Origin: Octopus bimaculoides
Lineage: Eukaryota
Reading direction: 5' to 3'
Assembly (NCBI RefSeq): GCF_001194135.2
Contig: NC_069000.1
Span: 11,363,589-11,402,174, forward strand
Length of the DNA stretch: 38,586 nt
The notes beneath the pieces are model-generated. The model worked only from the letters and a program-made list of their open reading frames with translations. It searched no databases and was not told where the DNA came from. Positions 36,483 to 38,586 of the stretch are shown piece by piece. Within the stretch, counting starts at the first letter, position 1, and each line of letters starts with the position of its first letter. Made by a program: the position numbers and the translations under genes.

Positions 36483-36829
36483 TGTTTTCCAATAAACTCT
36501 ACTGAATTATCCTTATTTTTCACATTTTGCTGAATTTTTTAAATTGTAAACATATTTTATGGACACGCTGTATAAGCAGAAACTATATTGAAAACTAAAA
36601 GCAACGAAAGGTTTGTTTCTCAATTGCAATAAGACTTTGTCGGCTGCTGAAAGTGTTAAACCGTATGAGAAAAGCTGAGCGGCCATATATAAGGAGTAGC
36701 GTGTGAAAACTTAACGAAGTCAGCGAGCGGGCCCTCAGGCTCAAAAACCTTTTGTGATGTTTTTCTTTTACTTCTGTCTCTTCTTTGTTTGGCCTGGTCT
36801 ATTTTAATGACGATCTAAGAAAGCACTCG

Positions 36830-37502
36830 TTCATTTACTGCCACCACCAGCACCACCAACAACAACACCAATACCACCAGCATCAATACCACCAACACCA
36901 GCACCACAACCATTACCACCACCACCAACACCACCACCACCACCACCGACGCCGCCGTCCCCNNNNNNNNNNNNNNNNNNNNNNNNNNNNNNNNNNNNNN
37001 NNNNNNNNNNNNNNNNNNNNNNNNNNNNNNNNNNNNNNNNNNNNNNNNNNNNNNNNNNNNNNNNNNNNNNCTACTACCAACACTACTACTACTACCACCA
37101 CTACCACCACCACCACCACCACCACCCCTACGACCCCCCCATACGTCACCATTCATAGCAAATAACAATAACAACAACAATAAAGCAGTAATCTGAATGC
37201 CAGCAATCCTAAACATCATCATACGTCAACAAGAAGAAGAAGAACAGCAATGTTAATAATAATAATAATAATAAACAACAACAACAGCAGCAGCAGTAGT
37301 AGTAGTAGTAGTGGTAGTAGTAGTAGTAGTAGTAGCAGTAGTGGTAGTAGCGCTGGTAGTAATAATAATCGCAACCATTATTATCACTCCTCTAACAATC
37401 ACTACAACTACAACAGCAACAACAGAGCAACTTACAACAGACTCCGTTACCACCACTACTACTACTACCAACACTACTACTACTACCACCACCACCACCA
37501 CC

Positions 37503-37535
<33 letters not shown>

Positions 37536-38586
37536 TATTTCTTTACTGCCCACAAGGGGCTATACATAGAGGGGGGACAAAGAAGGACAGACAAAGGGAT
37601 TAAGTCGATTATATCGATCCCAGTGCGTAACTNNNNNNNNNNNNNNNNNNNNNNNNNNNNNNNNNNNNNNNNNNNNNNNNNNNNNNNNNNNNNNNNNNNN
37701 NNNNNNNNNNNNNNNNNNNNNNNNNNNNNNNNTCTGCCAGCTCGCCGCCTTAGAGAAGGGCTCATTGGTTCATGTAGATGGGGATTGATTATGAATTTAA
37801 AGGCGGGAAATTCACCGCTGGAAATACTTTTGACTATTAACGCTGCTCGATCAGGACCTACTCAGGGCTAAACAACAGTAGCAGTTGCAACAACAACAAC
37901 GAATATACCTCTATTATCACCACGACCACCACCTCTGAACATCGCAAATATCGACCAACGTCAGACCCCCCCCACCACTACTAACAACGACAACAACAAC
38001 CGACTTCCTCAACTACCATCGACGGTTCTGTTTTCTACTACCACCAATACTGCAACAAACGATACCAGTATAACTACCTCTGTCACTACAACCTTACCAA
38101 CGCTACCATTATCACCTCTCTCCATCGCCAGTTCTGTCTATTAACAATATCAACACCACATCTCCCACAACCACAACTGTAACCTATACTAGCACCACCA
38201 GCAGCGTCACCACTACTACCTTGGCCACCTCCACCACCATCACCGCTAATATCGTGGCCATTGCCGGCACCATCAGCATCACCACTACCGCCGCCGTCAC
38301 CACAAATTCTGCAACCACATCCGGGACTTCCTCTATTACCACAACCAACACTACCACCACAACCACCACAACTACCACTGCCACCACCACCACAACGAAC
38401 AACAACGACATCACTACCACCATACCAACCACCACCATCACCACCATCACCACCATCACCACCACCACCACCACCACCACCAGTACCACTACTACTACTA
38501 CTACTACTACTAAAACCGCTGGTATCATCAAAACCACTATGACCATGATCATCATCATCATCATCATCATCAATATAATCATCGTC
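36830..38586. repeat. Long compound trinucleotide low-complexity block (ACC/ACT/AAC/ATC, local GTA)
   Basis: Directly visible and interrupted by a SINE at 37540-37752. Confidence 0.95.
37540..37752 (-). mobile_element. SINE family B spanning a gap
   Basis: Tail taagtcgattatatcgatcccagtgcgtaact lies before the gap and head tctgccagctcgccgcctt lies after it. Confidence 0.85.

Noticed and set aside
36785-38582. Poly-Thr, poly-His and poly-Val ORFs resembling a mucin
   Set aside because: Low-complexity block interrupted by a SINE and gaps, open in several frames.

Overview
This is animal genomic DNA, not prokaryotic. It is AT-rich, saturated with (TA)n, (CA)n, (GA)n, (TAGA)n, (TACA)n and trinucleotide microsatellites, and has about 20 N-gaps totalling roughly 5.9 kb. 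The interspersed repeats resemble, from recall, tRNA-derived SINEs, mariner relics and hAT/Tigger-type MITEs of Octopus, so this is most likely an intronic or intergenic stretch of a short-read octopus scaffold (inference). Almost every ORF in the supplied track is an artefact of microsatellites, low-complexity DNA or Ns. The only recognisable protein is a decayed mariner transposase (about 35.73-36.13 kb, minus strand), plus a second mariner C-terminal relic at about 18.3 kb. Between the repeats are small unique-sequence islands. Many carry minus-strand GT/AG splice signals and open frames that can be joined in phase, suggesting one or more multi-exon minus-strand genes that I could not identify. 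There are also several promoter-motif clusters (CCAAT, E-box, NRF1-like, YY1-like, ETS, TATA) and closely spaced inverted SINE pairs. No rRNA, intact tRNA, CRISPR array or intact autonomous element was found. All exon calls are manual and unverified.
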